DNA of 64,000 bases from positions 3,744,001 to 3,808,000 of the forward strand of contig OZ242008.1 in the NCBI GenBank assembly GCA_965204735.1, written 5' to 3'. The position numbers and the translations under genes are program-made. Every line of letters starts with the position of its first letter. Position 1 is the stretch's first letter. Source of the stretch: Longimicrobiales bacterium (GTDB taxonomy: Bacteria > Gemmatimonadota > Gemmatimonadetes > Longimicrobiales > Gaopeijiaceae). Shown piece after piece: positions 20,002 through 29,919 of the stretch. A model generated the notes under the pieces. The model was not told the origin of the DNA. It saw only the letters and a list, made by a program, of their open reading frames with translations, and did not search any database.

Positions 20002-23000
20002 GCCTCGACGCCGGCGACGCACCCGACTTCGCCCCTGCCGCCACCGTCCCGGTCCCCCGCAGCTCTGCGTCCGTCGCCGACGCGTCGGTCCCCAAGGACT
20101 CTGCGCCTTCCGCCGCCGACCCGACCCCCGCCTACGCCGAGCTTCAAGTCACCAGCAACTTCTCCTTCTTGCGGGGAGCTTCCCACCCCGAGGAACTGAT
20201 CGAGCGGGCCTGCGCAATGGGCTTTCGGGCCGTCGCGCTGACGGACCGGAACACGCTGGCGGGGGTCGTCCGGGCCTACCACGCGGCCAAGCAGACGAAG
20301 GCCAAGGAAGCCGGACTTCGCTTCATCGCCGGCGCCCGCCTCGATCTGGAGGACGGGCCGAGCCTGCTCTGCCTGCCGACGACCCGAGCGGGCTACGGAC
20401 GGCTGGCCCGCCTGATCACCGACGGACGGCGACGGGCGCCCAAGGGGGAGTGCCGGCTGTGGCGGGCGGACGTGGTCTGCGCGGCCCGAGAACGCCGAAC
20501 GGCCCAGGAAAGCACCGGGAACCGACAGGAGTGCGAGGAGGCCGGAAACCGACAGAAGTGCGAGGCCGCCGGAAGTCGAACGGAAAGCGGTGAACGCTGG
20601 CCAGCCCCCGACCAAGTCTTCGTTGTCGTGCCGCCGGAGGAGCCCGGTCCCGACTTCCCCGAGCAGCTCGCTTGGTACCGAGAACGGCTGGACGCGCCGC
20701 TCTACCTGGCCGCGACCCACTACCGCCGGGGCGACGACGACCGCCGCCTGGCCCGCCTCGCCGCCCTTGCCGACGCGCAAGGCGTCCCCCTCGTCGCCAC
20801 CGGAGACGTGGAGATGCACGACCCTGCGCGCCGTCGCCTTCACGACGTGCTGGCCTGCGTCCGGGAGCGCTGCACGATCGACGCGGCAGGCCGACGGCTG
20901 GCGCCCAACGCGGACCGCCACCTCAAGACGCCGGCGGAGATGACGCGGCTCTTCCGCAACCACCCGCAGGCGCTGGCCAACGCCGTGGAGATCGCCGAGC
21001 GCTGCCGCTTCTCGTTGGGCGAGCTTCGCTACGAGTACCCCGACGAAGTGTCCGACGACGGTCGTCCGCCGCAGGAAAAGCTGGAGGCGCTGGCGTGGGA
21101 AGGGGCGGCCCGCCGCTGGCCGGACGGCGTTCCTTCCAAGGTCCGCGCCGCCGTCGAGCAGGAGCTGGCGCTCATCGGCCGGCTGGGGTACGCGCCCTAC
21201 TTCTTGACCGTGGACGACATCGTCCGCACGGCCCGCGGCTTGGGCATCCTCTGCCAGGGACGGGGGTCGGCGGCGAACTCGGCGGTGTGCTACTGCCTGG
21301 GCATCACCTCCGTCGACCCCACCCGCATCGACTTGCTCTTCGAGCGCTTCATCTCGGCGGAGCGGGACGAGCCGCCCGACATCGACGTGGACTTCGAGCA
21401 CGAGCGGCGTGAAGAAGTCGTCCAGTACATCTACCGGAAGTACGGACGGGAACGGGCGGGGCTGACGGCGACGGTGATCACCTACCGGACCCGCAGCGCG
21501 CTTCGGGACGTGGGCAAGGCGATGGGGCTGAGCAAGGACGTGATCGACCGCCTCCTCTCCCAGACGTCGAGCTGGTCCGGGCCGGTGGACGAAGCGAGGG
21601 CCAAGGAGGAGGGACTCGACCCGTCGGAACACCGGCTCGCCCTGACGCTGGCGCTCGCCGACGAGTTGCGCGGATTTCCCCGCCACCTGTCCCAGCACAC
21701 GGGGGGCTTCGTCGTTTCGCGGGGACCGCTGTGCGAGATCGTGCCGATCCAGAACGCCGCCATGGCGGACCGCACGGTGATCGAGTGGAACAAGGACGAC
21801 CTGGAAGCGCTGGGCCTCGTCAAGGTCGACGTGCTGGGCCTGGGAATGCTGTCGTGCATACGCCGCTCCTTCGAGCTGCTGGAGGCGCATCACGGCGTCC
21901 GCCACACGCTGGCCAGCGTTCCGCAAGAAGACCCGGCGGTGTACGAGATGATCCAGCGCGCCGACACGGTGGGCGTCTTTCAGATCGAAAGCCGCGCCCA
22001 GATGGCGATGCTGCCCCGCTTGAAGCCGGCGACCTTCTACGACTTGGTGATCGAAATCGCGATCGTGCGCCCTGGGCCGATCCAGGGCGACATGGTGCAT
22101 CCGTACCTGCGCAGACGCAAAGGCGTGGAGCCGGTGCGCTACCCTTCCGACGAGCTGCGCCAAGTGCTGGAGAAGACCTTGGGCGTTCCGCTCTTTCAGG
22201 AACAGGCGATGAAGGTGGCGATCGTCGCGGCGGGCTTCGCTCCGGCGGAGGCCGACCAGCTGCGGCGGGCGATGGCCAGCTTCCGCAACTACGGGACGGT
22301 GCACCGCTTCAGGGACAAGTTCGTGGAAGGGATGACCGGCCGAGGGTACGACCAAGCCTTCGCCGAGCGCTGCTTCCGGCAGATCGAAGGCTTCGGCGAC
22401 TACGGATTCCCCGAAAGCCACGCGGCCAGCTTTGCGCTCTTGGCCTACGTCTCGTCGTGGCTGAAGCGCCACTACCCGGAAGTCTTTGCATGCGCGCTGC
22501 TGAACAGCCAGCCCATGGGCTTCTACGCCCCGGCCCAGATCGTGCGCGACGCCCGCGACCACGGCGTGGAGGTGCGCCCCGCCGACGTCAACCACTCGGC
22601 GTGGGAGTGCGTCCTGGAGCCGATGGAACCGGCGGCACCGGCGGAGTCGGCGGAGTCGAGGACCGGCGAGCAGGCCGGCAACCGTCGTCGCGGGCCGGGT
22701 CGCCCCTTCGCGCTGCGTCTGGGGCTGCGGCAGATCAAGGGGCTGCGGAAGGAAGAGGCGACGTTGGTGGCGGCGGCGCGGGGAGACGGCTACTGGTCGC
22801 CGGAGGAGTTGTGGCGACGGTCGGGGGTTTCCCGAGGCACGCTCGTGCGCTTGGCCAACGCCGACGCCCTCGTCTCGATGGGAATGGACCGTCGGCAGGC
22901 CGCGTGGGCCGCAGGAGACGTGCAAAGGGAAGGCTCGTTGCCGCTCTTCGACTCGGCTCGACCGGAAGCCCGCCCGGACCAGCGGCCCCGGCCGAGTCGA

Positions 23001-23561
23001 CAGTCCCGGCCAAGCCGGCGAGCCGACTACGGCCGGCAGCCCCGGCCCGTCCAGCTCGAACCGGCACTGCCCGCCATGTCGGCGGGAGAGCACGTGGCGG
23101 CCGACTACCGGGCGACGGGCCTCTCCCTCAAGCGCCACCCGGTCGCGTTTCTGCGGGAACGCCTGGCGCGACGGGGGGTGCGTCCGACGGAAGAGTTGGC
23201 CCAGCTGCCGAACGGGGCGCGGGTCGCGGTGGCGGGGATCGTGCTTGTGCGCCAGCGCCCCGGGACTGCCCGCGAGGTGGTGTTCGTCACGCTGGAAGAC
23301 GAGACGGGGACGGCCAACTTGGTCGTCTTCCCGTCCGTGCGGGAGCGGTGGCGCCGCGACTTGCTGACCGCGCGGCTGATGGTCTGTCGCGGCAAGGTGC
23401 AGGCCGAGGACGGCGTGATCCACGTGATCGCGGAGAAGATCGAGGCCCTGAACGGGTGGCTGGAAAACGTGGGGCGGGCGGAGGGAGACAGCGGCGGCAA
23501 GGGCTGCGACGGCGCCGCCGGAAGGAGCGCCTTTGTGGAGAGAGGGCGGTTCTTTCACTGA
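19998..23561 (+). CDS. dnaE2: Error-prone DNA polymerase DnaE2 (ImuC)
   Basis: SNFSFLRGASHPEEL, CQGRGSAANS, PDIDVDFEH, YGFPESHAASF, RQRPGTA, C-terminal RFFH. Confidence 0.96.
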   Translation: MSLDAGDAPDFAPAATVPVPRSSASVADASVPKDSAPSAADPTPAYAELQVTSNFSFLRGASHPEELIERACAMGFRAVALTDRNTLAGVVRAYHAAKQTKAKEAGLRFIAGARLDLEDGPSLLCLPTTRAGYGRLARLITDGRRRAPKGECRLWRADVVCAARERRTAQESTGNRQECEEAGNRQKCEAAGSRTESGERWPAPDQVFVVVPPEEPGPDFPEQLAWYRERLDAPLYLAATHYRRGDDDRRLARLAALADAQGVPLVATGDVEMHDPARRRLHDVLACVRERCTIDAAGRRLAPNADRHLKTPAEMTRLFRNHPQALANAVEIAERCRFSLGELRYEYPDEVSDDGRPPQEKLEALAWEGAARRWPDGVPSKVRAAVEQELALIGRLGYAPYFLTVDDIVRTARGLGILCQGRGSAANSAVCYCLGITSVDPTRIDLLFERFISAERDEPPDIDVDFEHERREEVVQYIYRKYGRERAGLTATVITYRTRSALRDVGKAMGLSKDVIDRLLSQTSSWSGPVDEARAKEEGLDPSEHRLALTLALADELRGFPRHLSQHTGGFVVSRGPLCEIVPIQNAAMADRTVIEWNKDDLEALGLVKVDVLGLGMLSCIRRSFELLEAHHGVRHTLASVPQEDPAVYEMIQRADTVGVFQIESRAQMAMLPRLKPATFYDLVIEIAIVRPGPIQGDMVHPYLRRRKGVEPVRYPSDELRQVLEKTLGVPLFQEQAMKVAIVAAGFAPAEADQLRRAMASFRNYGTVHRFRDKFVEGMTGRGYDQAFAERCFRQIEGFGDYGFPESHAASFALLAYVSSWLKRHYPEVFACALLNSQPMGFYAPAQIVRDARDHGVEVRPADVNHSAWECVLEPMEPAAPAESAESRTGEQAGNRRRGPGRPFALRLGLRQIKGLRKEEATLVAAARGDGYWSPEELWRRSGVSRGTLVRLANADALVSMGMDRRQAAWAAGDVQREGSLPLFDSARPEARPDQRPRPSRQSRPSRRADYGRQPRPVQLEPALPAMSAGEHVAADYRATGLSLKRHPVAFLRERLARRGVRPTEELAQLPNGARVAVAGIVLVRQRPGTAREVVFVTLEDETGTANLVVFPSVRERWRRDLLTARLMVCRGKVQAEDGVIHVIAEKIEALNGWLENVGRAEGDSGGKGCDGAAGRSAFVERGRFFH
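20514..20594 (+). repeat. Three degenerate 27-bp in-frame tandem units inside dnaE2
   Basis: ACCGGGAACCGACAGGAGTGCGAGGAG / GCCGGAAACCGACAGAAGTGCGAGGCC / GCCGGAAGTCGAACGGAAAGCGGTGAA. Confidence 0.75.
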
Positions 23562-23578
23562 AGCGGTTAGATTTGGAG

Positions 23579-25324
23579 ATGGCCGCGACCACCATCTCGG
23601 GATCGAACTTGAAGCACCTCCTGCGCGAGATCGCTTGGCCCCGGCGGTGGCTCCTTCTGCTGGGAGTCCTGCTGATTCTGGTCACCCAGCTTGCGAGGCT
23701 CGTGCTGCCCGTTTCGTCGAAGTACTTGTTCGACGGGGTGATCGCCAACGGCGACACCGGGCTGCTCTTCCTGCTGGCCGGGGTGGTCGGAGGAGCCGTG
23801 GCGGTTCAAGCGGCATCGTCCTACGCATTGACGATTCTGTTGGACATCGAAGGACACAAGATCGTCGCCGGGCTCCGTTCGGAGGTGCAGAAGCACGTGA
23901 TCGAGCTTCCAGTGCGCTTCTTCGACCACGCCAAGTCGGGAAACCTCGTGTCTCGGGTCATGCACGACGTCGAAGGAGTTCCGACCATCGTCGGCGCAGG
24001 TCTTGTGCAGCTTGTCGGCGGAGCGGTCACCACCGTCGTCGCCTTGGTCTTTCTTGTGCAAATCGACCCGGTCATGACTTTGCTTGCGGTCGTCCCTCTT
24101 GTGAGCTTTGCGTGGATTTCCAGGAGCGCGCTGAAGAGGATGCGCCCCGCGTTCCGGGAGCGGCGCAAGATCGAGTCCCAAGTCACCGGCCGTCTGAACG
24201 AAGCCCTGGGAGGCATACGCATCATCAAGGGCTTCAACGCGACCAAGCTGGAAGGCAATGCTTTTCGCGCGGGCGCCATGAAGATCTTCGCCAAGACGGC
24301 AACGACGCTGAAGGTGTCGAGCATCGTGGCCTGCGGCAGCGCCTTCTTCACGGGGATAGCCGGAGTTCTCGTCTTGATCTACGGCGGACAGCTTGTCGTT
24401 TCCGGCGAGGTCACGACCGGAGAGCTCGTTTCCTTCACTGCCGTCTTGGCGATGCTGGTGGCGCCCGTGTCGCAAATGACCGGAGTGGGCGTCCAACTCA
24501 CCGACGTGCTGGCTGGACTGGACCGAACGGTCGAGCTGTTGTCGCAGCCGCAGGAAGGCGACGATCGGCGCCGCGTCGTGACGATGCCGCCGATCCGGGG
24601 ACGCCTGACGTTCGAGGACGTGCACTTTCGCTACGACGCGGACAAGCCCGTTCTGAAGGGAGTCGGCTTCGAGGCAATGCCTGGGATGGTCGTGGCCCTG
24701 GTGGGCAGTTCGGGGTCCGGCAAGTCGACTGTCGCATCCCTGGCCGCGTCGTTTCGGACGCCGGACGCCGGACGGGTGCTCGTGGACGGAATCGACTTGC
24801 GGGAAGTGAAGCTGGCGTCCTACCGCAGACAGCTCGGCCTAGTGCTCCAGGACGACTTCCTCTTCGACGGCACGATCCGGGAGAACATGCGCCTTGCCCG
24901 ACCGTCGGCGTCCGACGCCGAAGTCGAGCAGGCGGCGGAGCAAGGTTGCGTGAACGAGTTCAGCGATCTCTTCCCCGAAGGACTGGACACGGTGATCGGC
25001 GAACGGGGCGTCAAGCTGTCGGGCGGACAGCGGCAGCGGGTGACGATCGGCCGCGCGGTGCTGGCGGACCCGCGCATCCTGATCCTGGACGAAGCCACCT
25101 CCAGCCTGGACACCCAGAGCGAGGCGCTGATCCAGAAGAGCTTGGCGGATCTGACCAGGGGCCGCACGACGCTGGTGATCGCTCACCGGCTGTCGACGAT
25201 TCGACGCGCCGACCTCATCCTCGTCATGGACGACGGCCGGATCGTCGAGCGGGGCGGTCACGACGAGCTGATGGCTCGGGGCGAACGCTACTACGAGCTG
25301 TACACCGTGCAGGCGAGAATATGA
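23579..25324 (+). CDS. ABC exporter, fused permease/ATP-binding (MsbA-like)
   Basis: GGAG RBS; N-terminal TM domain; GSSGSGKS, LSGGQRQ, ILILDEATS, AHRLST. Confidence 0.93.
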   Translation: MAATTISGSNLKHLLREIAWPRRWLLLLGVLLILVTQLARLVLPVSSKYLFDGVIANGDTGLLFLLAGVVGGAVAVQAASSYALTILLDIEGHKIVAGLRSEVQKHVIELPVRFFDHAKSGNLVSRVMHDVEGVPTIVGAGLVQLVGGAVTTVVALVFLVQIDPVMTLLAVVPLVSFAWISRSALKRMRPAFRERRKIESQVTGRLNEALGGIRIIKGFNATKLEGNAFRAGAMKIFAKTATTLKVSSIVACGSAFFTGIAGVLVLIYGGQLVVSGEVTTGELVSFTAVLAMLVAPVSQMTGVGVQLTDVLAGLDRTVELLSQPQEGDDRRRVVTMPPIRGRLTFEDVHFRYDADKPVLKGVGFEAMPGMVVALVGSSGSGKSTVASLAASFRTPDAGRVLVDGIDLREVKLASYRRQLGLVLQDDFLFDGTIRENMRLARPSASDAEVEQAAEQGCVNEFSDLFPEGLDTVIGERGVKLSGGQRQRVTIGRAVLADPRILILDEATSSLDTQSEALIQKSLADLTRGRTTLVIAHRLSTIRRADLILVMDDGRIVERGGHDELMARGERYYELYTVQARI

Positions 25325-25399
25325 TCGTGGACAACGAGAACACGGGTCGTGGAAGGCGGGGCGACGCCTCGGCGTGAACCGACACAAAGTCCCCCCGGC

Positions 25400-25705
25400 T
25401 CACTCCGGCAGTCGGCGCGCCGGCAGAGGCGGAACCGGATGGACGCCCAGGACGACGTGCCAGTAGACCCACGAACGCGCATCGAATATCCCTGGATGCG
25501 CCAGCCGAAGCACCTCGCGCAGGTGGTCGTCGGAGAAGTGGTCGCGGGTTGCCGCCACGTCGGCGACCGTGCCGAAGGTCATGACGTGACAAAGAAGGAG
25601 CACGGGGTCGCGCAAGCTCTCTTCCGGCTCCTTGAACCACACCATGCGCTTCGCGACGCGCAGGAGTTCTTGCGTGACCCGCAATGGGAAGCTTGGAGGC
25701 GTCAC
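25400..25705 (-). CDS. Small partner (putative antitoxin) of the AbiEii-like nucleotidyltransferase
   Basis: About 100 aa, VWFKEP...GIFDARSWVYWH; GTGA overlap with the upstream gene stop (alternative ATG 25714). Confidence 0.65.
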   Translation of the reverse strand: MTPPSFPLRVTQELLRVAKRMVWFKEPEESLRDPVLLLCHVMTFGTVADVAATRDHFSDDHLREVLRLAHPGIFDARSWVYWHVVLGVHPVPPLPARRLPE

Positions 25706-26400
25706 CGGTCGCATCCTTGCGGGACGAGGCCCGTTCGCGGAGACGCGGCTTGGGGTCGCCTCGGGGGCCTCGGGGTTGCGCCCTTCACGGCCGCGGCCAG
25801 GCGTCGGCGGACGTCTTCGGGCACCGTCGCCAAGTCGCCGTCGCCGAAGTAGACCAGGGCCTTCAGGGTCGGGAGCGGGTTGAAGGCGGGGCCGTGAACC
25901 GCTCCGGCGGCTGCCAGTGCTTCCTCCAACGACACGCCTCCCTGGGCGATCGCGGCGTCCAGGTCGATGTAGTCCTTGACGCTGGCGCGTCTCTGCACCA
26001 GCTCCGCCTTGGCGGCCGCGAGGTCGATCAGGGAAGCCACCTTGACGCCGGCGCCCTTGGCGATCTGGGGGTCGTTCGCCCGGTCGAGGCGGAGTCCGCC
26101 GAAGTACGAGACGCGGACCAGCCCGTTGCGGTCCAGCAAGCAGGTCAGGGTGTCGGCGGCTTGCCGCAGGACTTCCGCGCCGCAGAGGTACGGGACACGG
26201 GCCCGCAGGTGGACGGGGTCGAACGGCTCGGCCGAGAAGAAGTCGAAGTCCTCGGACGTTCGGTGGCCCAGTCGAAGCGCCAGGGCCGTGCCGCCGTAGA
26301 GGACGAACTCCGCCGGGGTTTGCCCGAGTTCGCCCCACAGGCGGCGCTGGGGCGGCGGGAGCGTCTCGAGCCGGGGGACGAACTCTAGCAGGTCAGGCAA
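25702..26400 (-). CDS. AbiEii/AbiGii-family nucleotidyltransferase toxin
   Basis: FVLYGGTALALRLGHRTSEDFDFFS and KDYIDL motifs; TTG start inferred, overlapping the ankyrin gene end. Confidence 0.85.
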   Translation of the reverse strand: MPDLLEFVPRLETLPPPQRRLWGELGQTPAEFVLYGGTALALRLGHRTSEDFDFFSAEPFDPVHLRARVPYLCGAEVLRQAADTLTCLLDRNGLVRVSYFGGLRLDRANDPQIAKGAGVKVASLIDLAAAKAELVQRRASVKDYIDLDAAIAQGGVSLEEALAAAGAVHGPAFNPLPTLKALVYFGDGDLATVPEDVRRRLAAAVKGATPRPPRRPQAASPRTGLVPQGCDR

Positions 26401-28406
26401 CGATGGCTGTTGTACGACCCCAGCTTCTCCAGGAGCGCGACCGTGGCGGGAAGCGGCGACACGCGCTGGACGGGACCGTTGGCCATGTCGGCGACGGTCT
26501 GTCCGCGTCGGCTGACCGCCTTCACGTCGATCCCCTTCGCCACGAGGTAGACGATCAGCTCGTGGTCGCCTCGGGCGGCAGCGTGGTGGAGGGCGTTGTA
26601 GCCGTTGTGGTCCCGCGCGTCGACGTCGGCGCCCAGCTCCTCGACCAGGTAGCGCACCGCAGGGAGCCAGCCGCCGGGAACGTGACGGTGGGCGTTGCCG
26701 GCGAACCCCTCGCCGTAGCCGACCCCGGACGCCGCGTGAATCGGCCACACGCCGGGGCCTCCCACCTCCGCCGGGGGCAAGCCCGACGGGTCCGGCTCCA
26801 GGGCTCGCAGGGAGTCCGCCAGCTCCGACGCCGCCACCAAGTCGGCGCGCAGGTCGTCGCTGGGCGCGGCCAAGAGGTCGTCGGCGAAGTCGGCCCGCAT
26901 CGTCGCGGGAAGGTCGTCCCGCACGGAGCGCAGGAGGGCCGACCGGGCGGAGTCGCCGAGGGCGGCGTAGGTGGTGTCGGAGGCCAGGCGAGTGCGGTTC
27001 TGCTGGCGGAGGAACTCGTCGGGCGACAAGCGGTTGCGGCGGGGAGGCGCCTTGGTCGGGAGTTCAGGGTCCGCGCCGTGGGCGATCAGCAGCCGCATCG
27101 CCTCCACGTCGGTGGCGTAGGCGGCGCGCCAGAAGGCGGTGGCGCCGTTCGTGTCCACGAGGCCGCAGTTCCGGTTCCCGCATCCACTGTACTCCATGTA
27201 CCAGGGGTGCATGGTCAAGCGGGCGTCGGGGTCGGCGCCGGCCTCCAGCAGGGCGGCCGTCACGTCGAGGTAGGTGGCCGACTGGAGGTTCATCTCCTGG
27301 GGCTGGGGGTACCGGGTGCGGGGCTGCCACCGGGCGTTCACCGCCGCCCACAGGGGCGTGGCGCCGTTGAGGGACGAGGCGGCGTCGGGATCGGCGCCCT
27401 GCTCGATCAGCATGAGCGCCACGTCGAACTGGCCGTTGATCACGGCCATGAGGAGGGGGCTGGTGCCGTCGCCCGCGCTGGGCTGGTCGATCTCGGCGCC
27501 TCCGGCCAGCAACGCCGTCGCGGCCTCCCGATGCCCCTGGCGGACCGCGTGCAGCAGTGCGGTGAGGCCGCCCTTGGTGGTGATCCGCCGAGGGCGAAAG
27601 GGGTCCTCTTCCTCTTCTTCGCCGTCCTCGTCGTCTTCCGGAAGACCTTCGGCGTAGACGGACCGGGAGGCTCGCACGGCGGTCTGGAACTCGCCCGGCG
27701 TCGGGGCCCGGTTGCCGCCGGTGAACGCTTCCACCACCTCGGCCCGACGCTCCCCCGCCAGCCGGTCCAGCGCCGCCATGACCTGCAGGTCCTCCACCTC
27801 GCTGGCGAGGGAGGGGTCCGCCCCGGCGCGCAGGAGCGCCCGAACGGCGTCGGCGCGGTTCAGGGAAGCCGCGAAGATCAGCGGCGTCTGCCCCCACCTG
27901 CCCTCCCGAGCATCGGGGTCGGCGCCGCGCTCCAGCAGAAGGGCCACGAGATCGGGGTCGCCTGCCGCCGCCGCCAAGTGGAGCGGGGCGGCCCCGGTGC
28001 TCCGGGCGGCCGCCGACGGATCGGCCCCGGCGTCCAGAAGGGTCGCCGTCACCTCCGCGCTGCCGCTCCGCGCCGCCAAGTGGACGGGCGCGTAGCCGCC
28101 GACCCGCGTCGTGGGGCCGACGGCCGCTCCCGCGCGGAGGAGCATCCGCGCCATCTCCGCATCGGCCCGCTCGGCAGCCCAGTGAAGCGCGGTCATTCCG
28201 TCGCCCTGGGCCGCGTTCACGTCGGCGCCGCCCGCAAGGAGCTCCCGCACGGCATCTCCGTCCCCCCGCATTGCCGCGTCCGCCACCGGCGAATCGGGAC
28301 CGAGCGCCCCCGCCGCCAAGCAGAAGGCGACGGCAACCAGGGCCCCCGTCGATCGCGCGCCCCGCGACCGCCCCGCGACCCGGCCAGCCCGCGCAACCCG
28401 CGCCAT
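26385..28406 (-). CDS. Secreted ankyrin-repeat protein
   Basis: Multiple ankyrin repeats (GMTALHWAA, GQTPLIFAA, GYNALHHAA); signal peptide; C-terminal CLTC; start 28406 or 28457. Confidence 0.88.
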   Translation of the reverse strand: MARVARAGRVAGRSRGARSTGALVAVAFCLAAGALGPDSPVADAAMRGDGDAVRELLAGGADVNAAQGDGMTALHWAAERADAEMARMLLRAGAAVGPTTRVGGYAPVHLAARSGSAEVTATLLDAGADPSAAARSTGAAPLHLAAAAGDPDLVALLLERGADPDAREGRWGQTPLIFAASLNRADAVRALLRAGADPSLASEVEDLQVMAALDRLAGERRAEVVEAFTGGNRAPTPGEFQTAVRASRSVYAEGLPEDDEDGEEEEEDPFRPRRITTKGGLTALLHAVRQGHREAATALLAGGAEIDQPSAGDGTSPLLMAVINGQFDVALMLIEQGADPDAASSLNGATPLWAAVNARWQPRTRYPQPQEMNLQSATYLDVTAALLEAGADPDARLTMHPWYMEYSGCGNRNCGLVDTNGATAFWRAAYATDVEAMRLLIAHGADPELPTKAPPRRNRLSPDEFLRQQNRTRLASDTTYAALGDSARSALLRSVRDDLPATMRADFADDLLAAPSDDLRADLVAASELADSLRALEPDPSGLPPAEVGGPGVWPIHAASGVGYGEGFAGNAHRHVPGGWLPAVRYLVEELGADVDARDHNGYNALHHAAARGDHELIVYLVAKGIDVKAVSRRGQTVADMANGPVQRVSPLPATVALLEKLGSYNSHRCLTC

Positions 28407-28467
28407 CCGCGCGCCCCGCGACCAGCCCCTTCGGGTCCTCCGGCGTTCCTTCGCCACTTCGCGCGCC

Positions 28468-29880
28468 CTACCCCTCCGAGACCCCTGCCGACGGCGAGCG
28501 CAGGGAGAACTCGCCGTTGCTGTCGCCGAAGCTCTCCATCTCCATCCCCAGGTCGTTGAGGGCGGCAAGCATGGCGTTGGCCATGGGCGTGCCGTCGTCG
28601 GCCTTCAGGTGCAGGTTGCCCTGCAGGCGGCCGTCGGCGCCCCCCAGGAAGATCAGCGGGCAGCGGCGGTGGTTGTGGAGGTTGGCGTCGGCCATCGGCG
28701 AGCCCCACATGACCATGGTCTTCTCCAGCAGGCTGGCGTCGCCGTCCATCGTGTCCCGGAGCTTCTCCAGGAAGTACGGGAGCTGGCCCACTCGGTAGCG
28801 GCAGATCTTGTTGAACTCCAGAATCGCGTCGTGCCGTCCGCCATGGTGGGAGGCGGGGTGGAAGGGACGGCTCGAGCCGCTCTCGGGGAAGACGCGGTTG
28901 TCGGCGTCGCGTCCCGTCTTGAAGGAGACGATGCGAGTCATGTTCGTCTCCAGCGCCAGGACCTGAAGGTCGAACATCAGCCGCATGTGCTCCGAGAACG
29001 AGTCGGGAACGCCCGCCGGCGCCTCGGGGAGCTCCCGCTCCTCGCCGCCGGTGTTGCGGGACTCGATCGCCGCGATCCGCCGTTCGATCTCCCGGACGTT
29101 CTCCAAGTAGCGGTCCATCCGCTCCCGGTCCACGGCGCCCAGCTCCCGCTGCAAGGTCGCGACCTCGCCGGCGATCCAGTCCAGTATGCTGCGCCGGGAC
29201 GCCCGTCGCGCCGCCCGCGCCTCGGGCGTGCCGCCTGCTCCGAAGAGCATGTCGAAGGCGACCCTGGGATCGCGGATCATCGGCAGGGGCTCGTTGGGAG
29301 AGGCCCAGCTGATCGTGTCCGTGTAGGCGCAGGAGTAGTTGTAGGTGCAGCCCCCGGCCTGGTCCAGGTTCTCGATGCAGAACTGCATCGACGGCAGGGG
29401 CGTGTCCTGGCCGAAGCGCTGGGCGTAGAGTTGGTCCAGCGACGTGCCCACGTAGATGTCGGAGCCCTGGGTCTGCTTCGGGTGCGACTGGGTGAGGAAG
29501 ACGGCGCTGGACCGGAAGTGGTCGCCCCCGATCTCCGGCGCCGAGAACGCCTCGGCCATGCGCGCGTCGGTGTTGCTGACGACGGTGAGGTGCTCCTGGA
29601 AGGGCTCGAGGGGGCTCAGCGCGCTCTCCGGGAGGATGTCGAAGTCCTTCCCCGTGGTTGCCGGCGCGAAGAGGTGCTGGGTGGCGCCCCACTCGTTGCA
29701 CCCGGCCAGACCGTGGACCTCCTCGATGCACACGAGGCGCGTGGGAGCCGCGGGAACGCCGCCGGTGGAGCCTCGAAGCCCGGCGGGAACCATGGCGTCG
29801 AGGAAGGGAAGCGCCGCCGAAGCGCCGATGCCCCGCAGGAAGGTGCGTCGCGGGATGTGCTTGCCGGTGATGAAGTGCAT
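28468..29880 (-). CDS. DUF1552 family protein (Tat-like signal)
   Basis: PRRTFLRG, ALPFLDAMVP, PRVAFDMLFG, HPASHH. Confidence 0.87.
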   Translation of the reverse strand: MHFITGKHIPRRTFLRGIGASAALPFLDAMVPAGLRGSTGGVPAAPTRLVCIEEVHGLAGCNEWGATQHLFAPATTGKDFDILPESALSPLEPFQEHLTVVSNTDARMAEAFSAPEIGGDHFRSSAVFLTQSHPKQTQGSDIYVGTSLDQLYAQRFGQDTPLPSMQFCIENLDQAGGCTYNYSCAYTDTISWASPNEPLPMIRDPRVAFDMLFGAGGTPEARAARRASRRSILDWIAGEVATLQRELGAVDRERMDRYLENVREIERRIAAIESRNTGGEERELPEAPAGVPDSFSEHMRLMFDLQVLALETNMTRIVSFKTGRDADNRVFPESGSSRPFHPASHHGGRHDAILEFNKICRYRVGQLPYFLEKLRDTMDGDASLLEKTMVMWGSPMADANLHNHRRCPLIFLGGADGRLQGNLHLKADDGTPMANAMLAALNDLGMEMESFGDSNGEFSLRSPSAGVSEG

Positions 29881-29919
29881 CGTCCTCGGAACCTCCTGGG
29901 TTTTCGCGTGGGGGAAGCG

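Noticed and set aside
21731..25324. Apparent 1197-aa ORF suggesting a long ABC fusion
   Set aside because: The upstream part is an off-frame overlap of dnaE2; the real gene starts at 23579 with an RBS
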